Assembly: GCA_024137785.1 (NCBI GenBank)
Contig: JAHRHZ010000289.1
Span: 4,410,324-4,474,323, forward strand
Source of the DNA: Ginglymostoma cirratum
Taxonomy: Eukaryota
Length of the DNA: 64,000 nt
Direction of reading: 5' to 3'
In this document: one piece after another, positions 27,610 to 39,362 of the stretch
How positions within the stretch are numbered: position 1 is the stretch's first letter
How the letters are laid out: every line of letters starts with the position of its first letter
The notes under the pieces: generated by a model
Seen by the model: only the letters and a program-made list of their open reading frames with translations
Database searches by the model: none
What the model was told of the DNA's origin: nothing
Made by a program: the position numbers and the translations under genes

Positions 27610-28510
27610 AAACTCATGGATGGGTATCCGTTGCCTGTCCCTAGTTGCCCTTCAACAGATGGTGGTGAGCTCCCATCTTGAACTGTTACAGTCCATGAGC
27701 TGTAAATAGACCCAACATGTCATTGGAGAAAGAAATTCAAGGATCTTGACGCAGCAATAAAGAAGGAACAGTGATATATTTCCAATTCACGAAGTTGAGC
27801 AGGTTGGAGGAGAATTCGCAGGTGGTAATGTTCCCAGGTATCTGCTGCCCTTGTCCTTCTAGATGGAAGTGCTTGTGGTTTGAAAGGTGCTGTCTAAGGA
27901 ACTCTGGTGAATTTCTGCACCAATCAAGAAGGCTGGTTTGTCCTGGATGGTGTCAAGCTTCTTGAGTGCTGCTGAAGCTGCACCCATTCAGGCAAGTGGG
28001 CAATATTCCATCATACTCCTGACTTATGACTTGGAGATGGTGAACAAGCTTTAGGAAATCAAAGTGAGTTATTCACTGCAGAACTTCTAGCCTTTGACTT
28101 GCTCGTGGAATCCCTGTATTAATATGGCTGGTCCAGTTCAGTTTCTGGTCAATGGTAAAATCTCAAATCTTAGTGGTGGAGGATTCAGTGATTATAATAC
28201 CACTGAATATCAAAGGGTGATTGTTAGATTATATCTTATATGGTCGTTCCCTGGCATTTGTGCAGTGCAAACGTTACATTCCAACTATTCAACCAAAACT
28301 TGGATACTGTCCAGGTCTTGCTGTATTTGGACATGGACTGCTCAGGAGCTGGGGAGTCACAAATTGCTCTGAACATTGTGCAATCATTGATGAATATCTC
28401 CACTTCTGACCTTATAACGAAGCGAAGGTCATTGATATCCCGCAGAGATGTCCTGGAGCTGAGATGACTGATTTCCAAGAACTGCAACCATCTTCCATTA
28501 TGCTAGAGCT
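27610..28510 (-). mobile_element. CR1-like LINE fragment
   Basis: ORF 28236-28487 (INDL...IRSEVEIFINDCTMF...WNVTFALHKCQ) is a degenerate RT catalytic region; colinear with 12513-13470 at the 3' end. Confidence 0.8.
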
Positions 28511-29153
28511 GACTTGTCTTGCAAGCTGTGACCTGCAGTTTCCTGTGTTGACCAAAGGGAGGTGTCATTGTGGTTTTCTAGACACACTGGCACCATAATT
28601 ACCTTATATGGAGCATGGTATATGACTGCAACTTTGTATAAACATTTACAATGAAAGTTGCTACTCTTCAGTGCCATCCCGTCTCCACTGATGCCCTCAC
28701 TATTATCAGTCCTTGCTGGACTTCGCCAATGCAGATGCCACTGATGCCACTATGTACTGCACTGGCCCAAACTTGACTTTGCTGCCATGAGTCGGTTTTG
28801 GGCCCATCTCACCAATGCAGCTGCTACAGTGTCTCACATTGGGCCCAAACTCAATTCTGCCACTGTTTCCATGAATCTGCGCTGGATGCAGACGCCGCTA
28901 GGAACCCAAACGTGCCTCCACCACAGCAGCCATGAGTCAGTGCTAGGACCACCTCATCGAAGCAGAAGCCGCTGGGAATATAAAGACACTTCCGCTGCCA
29001 CCACAAATCTGAACTAGGCCCAGTCGAGTCTGCACTGGGCTCAGTCAGCACCGCTGATGCCAAAACCATAACCAAGCTCTTCAACTTCCCTCATTCTATT
29101 AGAGACCAAAACTCCACCTCCCTCAGCCTTTAACAGCTGAGTATTTGTAGCAC

Positions 29154-29455
29154 AAACAGGAGGCTGGAAGAACACAGCAGTCCAGGCAGCATCTGGAGGA
29201 AAGGAGAAGTTAACGTTTCGGGCATTACCCTTCTTCAGGACTGGATGTGGGGGTAGGAGAAGCTGCAGGTAAAGATGGGGGTGGTGGGGATGGAGGGTAG
29301 CAGAATGGTGGTGATAGGTGGACAATGGTAGTAGGTACAACGTGGTTGGTCAATGGGAGGGATGAATCCTGTTGGTAACTGGAAGGGTCAGTAGGTGGAA
29401 TGGAAGCGACTGTGCACCTTGGATTCCAGCATCTGAAGTTTTCTTGTCTCTAACC
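29154..29455 (-). mobile_element. Penelope-derived insertion with intact hammerhead-like core (29212-29238) and TSD
   Basis: TSD gagtatttgt(a/t)gcac at 29139-29153 and 29456-29470. The minus strand reads CTGAAGA-A-GGGT-AAT-GCCC-GAAAC-GTT. Confidence 0.75.
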
Positions 29456-30111
29456 GAGTATTTGTTGCACTCTGGGGTAGAGACATACAAAGACACAATT
29501 GTCTGAAGAAATTTCTCCTCTCCTCAGACCTAAATGACTGTTCTTTTATGGCGAAACTAGTTATTAATATAGCCAAGCCCATTTGTGCTTATGACATCAC
29601 ATGAGTCAGGGCCTGCTAATCTGAAAACGAGTCTCATATTCTTACTGTTTTCTGTCCCTTAATCATGCCTCTGTCCATTGTGACACATAAACCCCAACAC
29701 GAAGAGCCCTTATGCTGCACACCAAACTTATCAAGTGTCTACTACAAATTTAAATATGCTACCTCCACCAGTTCCCATACCTGCTTCTTCCAACCTCAAA
29801 TATAATTTCCCTTCATATTAATTCATGTTGAATCTGCCTAATTATATGATTGTTTTGGACTGCTATTAACACTTCCTTACTAATGGATTCTAGCAGTTCC
29901 ATGCTGACATCTGGGTGCAGGAAGTGCTTCCTGAATATGCCTCCTAATGAGAGCCCTGCTCAGCAGAAAGCACCAAACACTATCAGAATCATAGAAACAA
30001 TCAACAGACCAACCGGCAACTAATAAGAAACTGGATAGGTAATCTTTTTAAATAGTATTAACACTGAATTCCTCTGCTACTGAATGTGTGCTCAGCCAAA
30101 TATTATTAAAA

Positions 30112-30331
30112 TAAAAAATGAAAGAACTGCGAATGCTGGAAATCACAAGCAAAAACAGAAATTGCTGGAAAAGCTCAAAAGGTCTGGGAGCATGTGTGGA
30201 GAGAAATCAGAGTTAACATTTCGGGTCCAGTGACCCTTCCTCAGAACCCTCAGATTCAAACCATTAACTGTGATTTCTCTCCACACATGCTCCCAGACCT
30301 GCTGAGCTTTACCAGCAATTTCTGTTTTTGT
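30112..30331. mobile_element. Penelope-derived fold-back (inverted-repeat) mini-element
   Basis: Inverted arms of about 70 bp. Minus-strand core CTGAGGA-A-GGGTC-ACTG-GACCC-GAAAT-GTT lies within 30212-30247. Confidence 0.8.
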
Positions 30332-33300
30332 TATTAAGAGACACCATCAGCTTAAGTGTTGAGCTTCAAAGTGACAACATTGCTTCAAATGAGTATACAA
30401 TAATGTGATCTGCCTACTCTGCATATTTGCAGCAGATTTTTACTATGTGCCTGTGACTCACATAGAAATGGTTGTGTGGGCCTCTGACACCACTCCTGAA
30501 ATCAAAAGGCACAAAAATACACTTCTACATGAGTCCTCTGCCAAAGGCAGGTCCTGCCAACAGTGCTAGGACCTCCAACATGAGACCAAAGGAGCTTAAA
30601 CCTAATTTCACTCCAGCTGAAATAAAGATTGACTCTGTACTTTTAGTAGCAATTCGATCCGAACTGGAAGTCCAGCCAAAGCAGCCAATTAGGCCTCCAA
30701 GGAGTGTGAGTTACTGTGGCAAGATACTTCGACATGCATGTTGCAGCCTGGATCGCAATGGTAGAAGCTCTGATTTCCTTCTATCACATGGCTGACCAGG
30801 AATCTCTTCCACTCTTTCTGCCTATCATTGGTGCGCATTAGAACGATTTACAATTGATATTCATTTGGTCACATTATGAACACATCATTCTTATCACCAA
30901 GTTTTGGAACAGTGCTTGAACCTGCAGCTCTGGATCTGAGGCAGGGACACTACTGACGACAGCACAGGTACCCCTCCTTACTACACTACTGACCTGATGG
31001 TGTCTGAAAGTTACTACTGCATTCATCAAAGCATCAGCACTGCGCTTGGAATTGTATTTACTCTTAATTTCTTACTGATTTTCTGATTTCATTTTATAAA
31101 ATATGAATAGTCACAGATGTATTCAGCTGCTGGTGGAAAACCCCTTCCATTAAAACACAGAATCAAAGAGTCACAAATGCCACAGCTAATTATCATCTTA
31201 ATTTGTCCCCAAGGAGTTACATGCTGTTGTCCGGACGTGCAAATACATTGGGAATGATGTGCTATTTTGATTCCAGATGTTTCCTCCGCATCATGAGGTG
31301 GGAAAAGGGAGGACTTTTTCCTGTATTCCTTAACTGCAGTGCTTTTCCTCTTGTTTTGAACAGTACAAAATATGTACCAGTCATATGCATTTGTAAAGGG
31401 ATATTTTTGCATTAAATAAAGCACCCCACCCCCACCCCTGCCCAGTCTTTCAACCTATACTGTGGGTCATAATTTTTAATTTAAGAATTATAGCACATCA
31501 TGTAACAGATATAGTCTTTACGATACGTGTGTTGTTAGGCTGGCTATAGTTATAAAAAGGGCAATCTATAATACTACCAGACACCATCAAACGCTGCATT
31601 TTTAAATGATCTGATAAAAGACTGATAGGTCTTCGGACATTTCGGCAGAGACAGGCAGTTCTTGATTATTTCAACTTTAGGTCCTGTTTTTCACATGGAA
31701 ATGGATAGTGAATGGAATGGAATGTGAGAAGTAGTGAGTAGTTTTTGTTGGATGCAGCACTCTGCAGCTTCTGTAAATAATCACTGATCAGGCCTGAATG
31801 GATTCTGCTGGGAAATTTGTCAGGTCGATTAACTGTGATTAAGGCATAAAGATTACAGGCTGTTTGGACACACTTTGAGTCCAAATGCCCTAATGGTAAC
31901 GCGGAGCGGTGGCAGAGAAGGAAAGAAAAAGAAATAGACACCACACTCCGGATCTCTGGGACGTCATTCCTCATTGCCCAGAGATCCTCAGGTTGAGAAT
32001 CAGCATGTTGAGTCACAAAGACCCACAGCAGAAATCTGCAATCCTGAGTAGGCAACATCCCCAAATGGAAGAATGCCCTCAAACAGTGACGATCTGTGGT
32101 AGCCAATTAAACATGGATCTTTCCTGATGCATTTTACCTTTACTTTTTTTCCGTTGAGTTAATGTTGATGATAACCACTCATATCATTCAATCAAACTAG
32201 GGATCCCATCCCCAAAATCAGCAATTTACAACACTGCAATGTTCTACTTCTGTATTTGCCAGTGTCTTGCTTGCATATAAAACCATTATCTTTATTCACT
32301 TTGTTATGCTTTAAAGGTGAAGTGGCACTTAATTTATGTAGGAGAGTGTGTGCCTACTGTGTTACCTACTGTGTCTAATATTCACACAGCAAATACAGGT
32401 AATTGTCAAGCGGAATTTGATCCATATTTAAATTGTATGCTTGAAAATAAGAGTAATTTTTATAAAACAAGCTCTTCATTAAATATTCTTAGAAGAATGG
32501 TGCTTCATAAGGTCATCACCTCCAGGATATTCCAATATGTTAAATGACCCCTAGTTTTCAGGCATATTATTCATATGATTGCAACTATTGCAAACTTCTC
32601 CTGGAATTTAAATACTGAAATCATTCAATTTATAGGTTGCAACTTGTACGTAAGTTTAAGAGGACATCTAAGCTGAGCTGTAAAATGTCTGGTGTGGGGT
32701 GAGTAGTGAGATAAACATCAATTTTGATGCCTATGTCTGTTAGTGCTCCAACTGCATGTGAGAAGGTGAAATCGAAAAAGATTTTTGGGTAAAAGGGAAC
32801 AAGTCACAACAGTTAAACTGTTGTAATACACTATCTTCTACATCTTCCATAAACTGCTGCAAAATAATTACTGTTAGCTAACAAAGTACATTTTCAGACA
32901 GCAATTATAAAAAGTGATATCCTTTGTTATGATTATATTTGAAATATGTTCTACTTCCAGCAATCAACACTTTGGTAAATTACTTGAATTTGGATCAATA
33001 TTTTGGGGAAAAGCTTCATTCTCTTATGTAATCTTTCCTTATAAATTAAATTCAAATTCAGTTTAGCACAAAGCGTGGTTTCAATGTTTAGCAGCCATCA
33101 GCAATAGTCCCAACTGTTGTTTTTATTTGGCAGGCTCAAAATCATCCATGACAGTACCACACACATTATCCATTAAGCAATTTTTCTGGGTAAGGACTGA
33201 TAAATTTGGATACAGATTTCAGCAGAGGCAGTGTAGCATGATGAAATATACTGTTTAAAATCCTACATGTGGCAGTAAATCACAACTTATTCCAGATAAA

Positions 33301-34511
33301 TGTCATTAAAGCATAGTCCCTTTTTGTAAGATAGCTAAAGTAGCCTCCAATCACCAACATATACAAGGTCAATTAAGTACAAGGGCACAGTAATTGGGAT
33401 GTAAAGTCAGTTGACTCTTTACACTTTGAAACTATTATTATGGAGTAAATTCGAAGAGGCAAGGAGATATGGAGACATGCCAATCGTAAGGTTCTTGGGG
33501 TACAGTGTAGTGTTCCTACATCTAGGCCAGAAAATCTGTCTTCAAGTTCCAACTGCTCCAGCAATGTGTCAGAACATCTGAACTGGTTGATGAGAAAGTA
33601 TCAACATGCCAATCATTAAGAGAACACCTATTTACTAATCTGTTGATAGTTCATAGGAAATGTCAGCTGTCTTCACTGTCATTAAAAATACTAGTATCTA
33701 CTAGATACTTCTTGTTGACTGGGACTGAAGTAAGGGTACCTCAACATGTGTCACTCCACTGATAACAATAAAGAATAACCTGGAGTGCATCCATAGCAAA
33801 ACAATGGCAACTGTAACATTGAAGGGTTGCTATGAAGCTGTCCAGTCCTGGTAAAGCAGAGAAAGGATTCAATTTCCAGAGTTCACCAGTTCCCAAGTAC
33901 CCATCAGAGAAGATGAAACTTGAAACTTCTCAGTTTGCCAGTTCAAAAGGGAGTAAGACCCTACTCAAATTTCTGTGCCAGTGAGAATAATTTAGTTTTA
34001 ATTGAATGTTAAATGTATTAAGGGATGAATCGTTCAACTTCAACATGGACTGTAACACAAACAGAAGCAAATTAGCTGATTTACATTAAGTTGAATAATT
34101 TCTTTCAACTACTTCAAAGGGAATGGAAACATAGTGGGATGTATCATGGGTGACAAATCCACATCTGACCAGCTTACACCTCTGCAGAAATTGAATATTC
34201 TAGGTTATTTTAAAAAAATCATTCAGTGGATTTGATCTTCACTGGTTGAGCCAGCATTTATTGCTTATCGCCAGTTGCCCTTGAGAATGTGATGGTAAGT
34301 TGCCTTCTTGATCTGCTGTAGTCCATTTAGTGTAGGGAGAACCACAATGCCGTCAGGGAGGGAGTTTTAGGATTTTGACCCAGTAATACTGAAGGAGTAA
34401 CAAAATATATCCAAGTCATGTTGGTAAGTGGCTTTAAGAGTAATTTGCAGGTATTGATGTTCCCATATGTTTACTATCCTTGACGTTTCGGGCCTAAACC
34501 CTTCATCAGAA

Positions 34512-34954
34512 ATGGGGGAGGGGAAGAGGGTTCTGAAATAAATAGGGAGAGAGGGGGAGGCGGATAGAGGATGGATAGAGGAGAGGATAGGTGGAGAGGA
34601 GGCAGACAAGTCGAAGAGGCGGGGATGGAGCCAGTAAAGGTGAGTGTAGGTAGGGGGGTAGGGAGGAGATAGGTCAGTCCAGGGAGGACGGACAGGTCAA
34701 GGGGGCGGGATGATGTTAGTAGATAGGAGATGGGGGAGGGGAAGAGGGTTCTGAAATAAATAGGGAGAGAGGGGGAGGCGGATAGAGGATGGATAGAGGA
34801 GAGGATAGGTGGAGAGGAGGCAGACAAGTCAAAGAGGCGGGGATGGAGCCAGTAAAGGTGAGTGTAGGTGGGGGGGTAGGGAGGAGATAGGTCAGTCCAG
34901 GGAGGACGGACAGGTCAAGGGGGCGGGATGATGTTAGTAGATAGGAGATGGGGG
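34512..34954. repeat. 218-bp tandem duplication, purine/G-rich
   Basis: Units start at 34512 and 34730, are bounded by atggggg, and differ at two positions. Confidence 0.9.
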
Positions 34955-35198
34955 TGTGGCTTGAGGTGGGAGGAGGGGATAGGTGAGAGGAAAAACAGGT
35001 TAGGGAGGTGGAGATGAGCTGGGCTGGTTTTGGGATGCGGTTGGGGGAGGGGAGATTTTGAAGCTTGTGAAATCCACATTGATACCATTGGGCTGCAGGG
35101 TTCCCAGGCTGAATATGATTTGCTGTTCCTGCAGCCTTCGGGTGGCATCATTGTGGCATTGCAGGAGGCCCAGGATGGACATGTCATCTGAGGAATGG

Positions 35199-35598
35199 NN
35201 NNNNNNNNNNNNNNNNNNNNNNNNNNNNNNNNNNNNNNNNNNNNNNNNNNNNNNNNNNNNNNNNNNNNNNNNNNNNNNNNNNNNNNNNNNNNNNNNNNNN
35301 NNNNNNNNNNNNNNNNNNNNNNNNNNNNNNNNNNNNNNNNNNNNNNNNNNNNNNNNNNNNNNNNNNNNNNNNNNNNNNNNNNNNNNNNNNNNNNNNNNNN
35401 NNNNNNNNNNNNNNNNNNNNNNNNNNNNNNNNNNNNNNNNNNNNNNNNNNNNNNNNNNNNNNNNNNNNNNNNNNNNNNNNNNNNNNNNNNNNNNNNNNNN
35501 NNNNNNNNNNNNNNNNNNNNNNNNNNNNNNNNNNNNNNNNNNNNNNNNNNNNNNNNNNNNNNNNNNNNNNNNNNNNNNNNNNNNNNNNNNNNNNNNNN
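35199..35598. other. assembly gap (400 N)
   Basis: Run of N. Confidence 1.
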
Positions 35599-35612
35599 CC
35601 CCTCCCCCATTT

Positions 35613-35640
35613 CTGATGAAGGGTTTAGGCCCGAAACGTC
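35613..35640 (+). ncRNA. minimal type I hammerhead-ribozyme-like motif (mirror copy at 34482-34509, minus strand)
   Basis: CUGAUGA-A-GGGU-UUAG-GCCC-GAAAC-GUC: conserved core, 4-bp stem II, palindromic ACGU in place of stem III, and a GUC cleavage triplet. Activity is not shown. Confidence 0.6.
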
Positions 35641-36565
35641 AAGTTTTCCTGCTCCTATGATGCTGCTTGACCTGCTGTGTTCATCCAGCTCCATGCTTGT
35701 TATCTCGGATTCTCCAGCATCTGCAGTACCTTTTATCTCTGTTTACTATCCTTGTTCTTCTAGATAGTAATGGTTGCGGGTTTGGAAGGAGCCTTGGTGA
35801 ATTTATGCAGTGCATCTTGTGGATGGTACACACGCATCAGTGACGGAGGAGTGCATGTTTGTGGATACAATGCCAATCAAATGGGCTGTTTTCTCCCGGA
35901 TGACGTGGAGCTGTACTCATGCAGGAAACTGGGGAGTATTCCATCACACTCCTGGTTTGTGTGTTTTAGATGGTGGACAAGCTTTGGGGAGTCAGATGAT
36001 TGATAACATGATAATTTTCTACAAATCTGACAAAATGTTTTTTCTCTAGACTTTCCTTCATTTCAAATGCATTATTAGGACAGAATCCAAGTAATGCTAC
36101 AGTGTATGTCCTTGTGTCTATTTGATATAGAGTGACTGACAACTGCTGACAAAAGTGGGTCATTTCTGCTGCTGATCAGTTACATTTTGATTTAGCAAAA
36201 GTCCTTCAATTTAAAATATATTATTTTATGTCACTTACATTAATGCCTTGCAAATTGTATGCAAATAAGTTGGCAGACAACAGCTTTATGCTTCCAACAT
36301 AGTTTAAAACAAAATTAACATCTATGTTCTGTGCTCAGTGCAAACATCTCTGATTCTTTACTCAAACTTTCATAAAAAGACAACAAGAAAACACATAATG
36401 TACAAAATTTTAGTCACTACTCCCCACAATTGATGTCCTTAATATTATCAACACAACATTTCTTTAAAAAAAAGTGATTTGAAGAGATGCGAAATTTGGT
36501 AAATGATAGAGATACAAAGCAGGGAATAATGATTGTTTTTCTTCCTAAGTATTTGTATATTGTTC

Positions 36566-36772
36566 AACAAACAAAGAACTGCAGATGCTGGAAATCCCAA
36601 TTCCATCACAACCAAAACAGAAATTACTGGAGCAAGTAAGCAGGTCTGGCAGCATCTATGGGGAGAAACTGCAGTCAATGTTTTGGATCCAGTTCTAAAG
36701 AAGGGTCACTGGACCCACAACATTGACTCTGCTTTCTCTCCACAGAGGCTGTCAGATGTGCTGAGTTTTTCC
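36566..36772. mobile_element. Penelope-derived fold-back mini-element
   Basis: Inverted arms around a decayed core (ctaaagaagggtcactggacccacaac). Imperfect TSD ttgtatat(t/a)gtt at 36553-36564 and 36773-36784. Confidence 0.75.
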
Positions 36773-38000
36773 TTGTATATAGTTAATGATTTTTACTTGT
36801 TAGAAAATGTACAGCATTTTGGGAAAAAAGATTATGCCTGTATCCTACTGTTTGAAACAAAATGTGTTTTTGGAGTGTAATTTTGCGGCTGCTTTATCAA
36901 CAACTGGAAGATTACTTCATTTACTGATGACATTGCCGTAGAAGAGATTCATAACAGCTTAAGAAATTAATTTGACCTCACATTAACCTTTGTTTTTTCC
37001 TTATGTGCTGGTAGGATTTGAATTTAATCTTACAGGGTGTAACAGCGAAAAATATGAGCAGGCGCAGAAAGGAGGATTTTTATCCCACTAATTAAAGGGT
37101 TACAAATTATGAGGGAATAGAAAAACTACCAGTTAAATTTAAAGCTGCTGTAGAGGATACCTAGCAAAACTATACTTAAATACCTGGCTGTATTGAAGAG
37201 CAACATTTTCTTTATTTTGTAAATAACCATTTCATATTACAATTATCTTTGAAGCTATTGTAAAACAGAACTGTTGAGATCTATACTTGCATGATTTGAA
37301 GGACGATGCCAAAATTGGAGGAATATTTCTCAGCAATATACCTCAAAGAAGTGATATTGACTTTTGGGCCATTTTTGGGCAGGCTTAGTTTAAGATATTC
37401 CTATTCCAAACACGTCATCTTACCATTGCTACATTGATTCCAGGAAAAATTCACGTTGCAGTAAAATGTGATAATTGATGCAGTTGTGATATTTTCATAA
37501 TAAATTATTTTGAAATATATACAATATTTGATAGGCCACACAACTTCATTGTTCTGATATCACTGCACACCTCAGTTTACACCAATTTTATGGGAATGAC
37601 TTTGATTATTTAAACTGGCATTGCTAATGGCTGAATTGATAACAGTGGCTGGATTTTCCAATGGTTGGATAGTCATTGCTGCAACATTGATGGGAGTTGC
37701 TAAATGGAACCCTGAAGAGACCCCGACAGAGCAGACTCAGAGGAAACTGTCTGGGAAATTGAAATTGGTACCCTCCAAAAGCATCGATTTAAATCAGAGT
37801 TAACAGTTGCCCAGGGAAAGTAAGAAGATTAAAAACCTAACCTGGCTTGTGGGTGGCTATTAAACAGGCACCCCAACAACACCTTCCCGCAGACTCTTTT
37901 CCATTCCTCAGTCCCTGATCCAACTGTTATTTTCCCTGTTCACTGCTGGATCTGCCACCTTTACATCAGTTGCAAAATTTCCAGCTGTGTGCAATCCTTT

Positions 38001-39362
38001 TACACATGCATCCTCCAATCAGGATGGCCTCAGGGCTCTCCACTTCTTCCTGGAAAGAAAGTCTGAACCGTCCCCATCCGCCAACACCCTCCTCTGCCGG
38101 GCCGATGGGTCCTCAGTTTGAACAATTTCTCCTTTAACTCCTCTCACTTTCTTCAAGTCAAAGGGCTGGCTGTGGGTATCCAAATGGGCCCGAGTTATGC
38201 CTGTTTCTTTTTATGGTGTATATGAAACATTCCTTGTTCCTGTCTTAATCTGCCCCCCTCCCCCGATCCACAACATTGATGATATCATTAGTGCTGTCTC
38301 CCTCCTTCATCCAGAATTGGAAAAAATGATCAATTTCGCTTCCAATTTCCAATGTGCCCCTCTTTCCCTTCCTCAACATCCCTGTTTCCATTTCTGGGAT
38401 AGGCTGGCCACCAATATCCACCACAAACTTCATGACTCCCACAGTTACCTTGACTATATATCCTCACACCCTGCTTCCTGTTAAGACTATTTCATTCTCC
38501 CAGATTCTCCATCTCTATCACATCAGTTCTGACGATGCCACCTTCCTCGGAGGGGGGGGGGCCTCTGAAAAGTCCACCTTTTCCTCAACAGGGCCCTTAG
38601 CCATGTCTGACACATCTCTCACACTTCTGCCCTCACCACTTCCCTTCCCTCCCACAATAAATAGGGTTCCCCTGGTCCTCCTTTACCACCCCACCAGTCT
38701 CCACTTCAGACGGATTGGACGCATCATTTCAGTCCCCACAAACTGGATGCCACGACCAAACACATATTCCCCTCCCTTCCTTTAGCAGCATTCCGCAGAG
38801 TCCATTCCCTATTGGACACTCAGGTACACTCCTCAAAGCTTTAAGAACAACATCTAAATTTCCTCCTGGGGACCCTACAGCCTCTAGGGATCAGTATCGA
38901 GTTCAATAACTTCAGAGCCTGATTCCATCCTTCCATGTTTTTTACTCACCCCACATTCGGCCGTGTTATGACACAGGTCGCTTTTAGCACAGTCACCCAT
39001 TCCCACGTACTCTTAGGCCCATTATCATATTATACCGGGTAGTTTTCAGTCCAACTAACCCATTTTCCCACACTTAGCTCTTATTATATCTTATTCAGCT
39101 TTTCTTCCATGCTGGCCAGCTATCCATGATCTCCATGTTTACTTAAAATTTTCATATATTTTTCTCCCTGGACTCCATCTCCACCTATCCACTCATCTCT
39201 CCCCCTTCCCCCTCCCCTACTTCGGCTTCAGCATAAATGCCACATTTTCCTAGCTACTATCAGTTCTGAAGAAGGGTCACTGGACTCAAAACGTTAACTC
39301 TGTTTATTTCCCACAGACGCTGCCAGACCTGCTGAGTTTCTCCAGCAGTTTCTGCTTTTGTC
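38001..39362 (+). mobile_element. decayed Penelope-like retroelement (RT remnant through 3' hammerhead-bearing end)
   Basis: QVKGLAVGIQMGPSYACFF at about 38155-38210 and NIDD at about 38272-38283 are PLE RT motifs. The 3' end reads AGTT-CTGAAGA-A-GGGTC-ACTG-GACTC-AAAAC-GTT-AACT at 39262-39299. Confidence 0.85.

Larger units (their letters stand above)
34483..35739. mobile_element. young Penelope-like element with inverted structure, two hammerhead-like cores and 15-bp TSD
   Basis: TSD tgtttactatccttg at 34468-34482 and 35740-35754. The minus-strand ORF end (RRLQEQQIIFSLGTLQPNGIN) resembles the PLE GIY-YIG C-terminus. Identical inverted cores lie at 34482-34509 (-) and 35613-35640 (+). Confidence 0.85.
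34215..36000 (-). mobile_element. CR1-like LINE 3' fragment interrupted by a Penelope-like insertion
   Basis: 34215-34482 and 35740-36000 join into a sequence colinear with 12513-12930 and 27610-28060. Confidence 0.8.

Noticed and set aside
34915-35767. Long ORFs of 190-259 aa (also at 48493-49186)
   Set aside because: Artefacts of translating through N runs; the real residues belong to Penelope-like repeat sequence.
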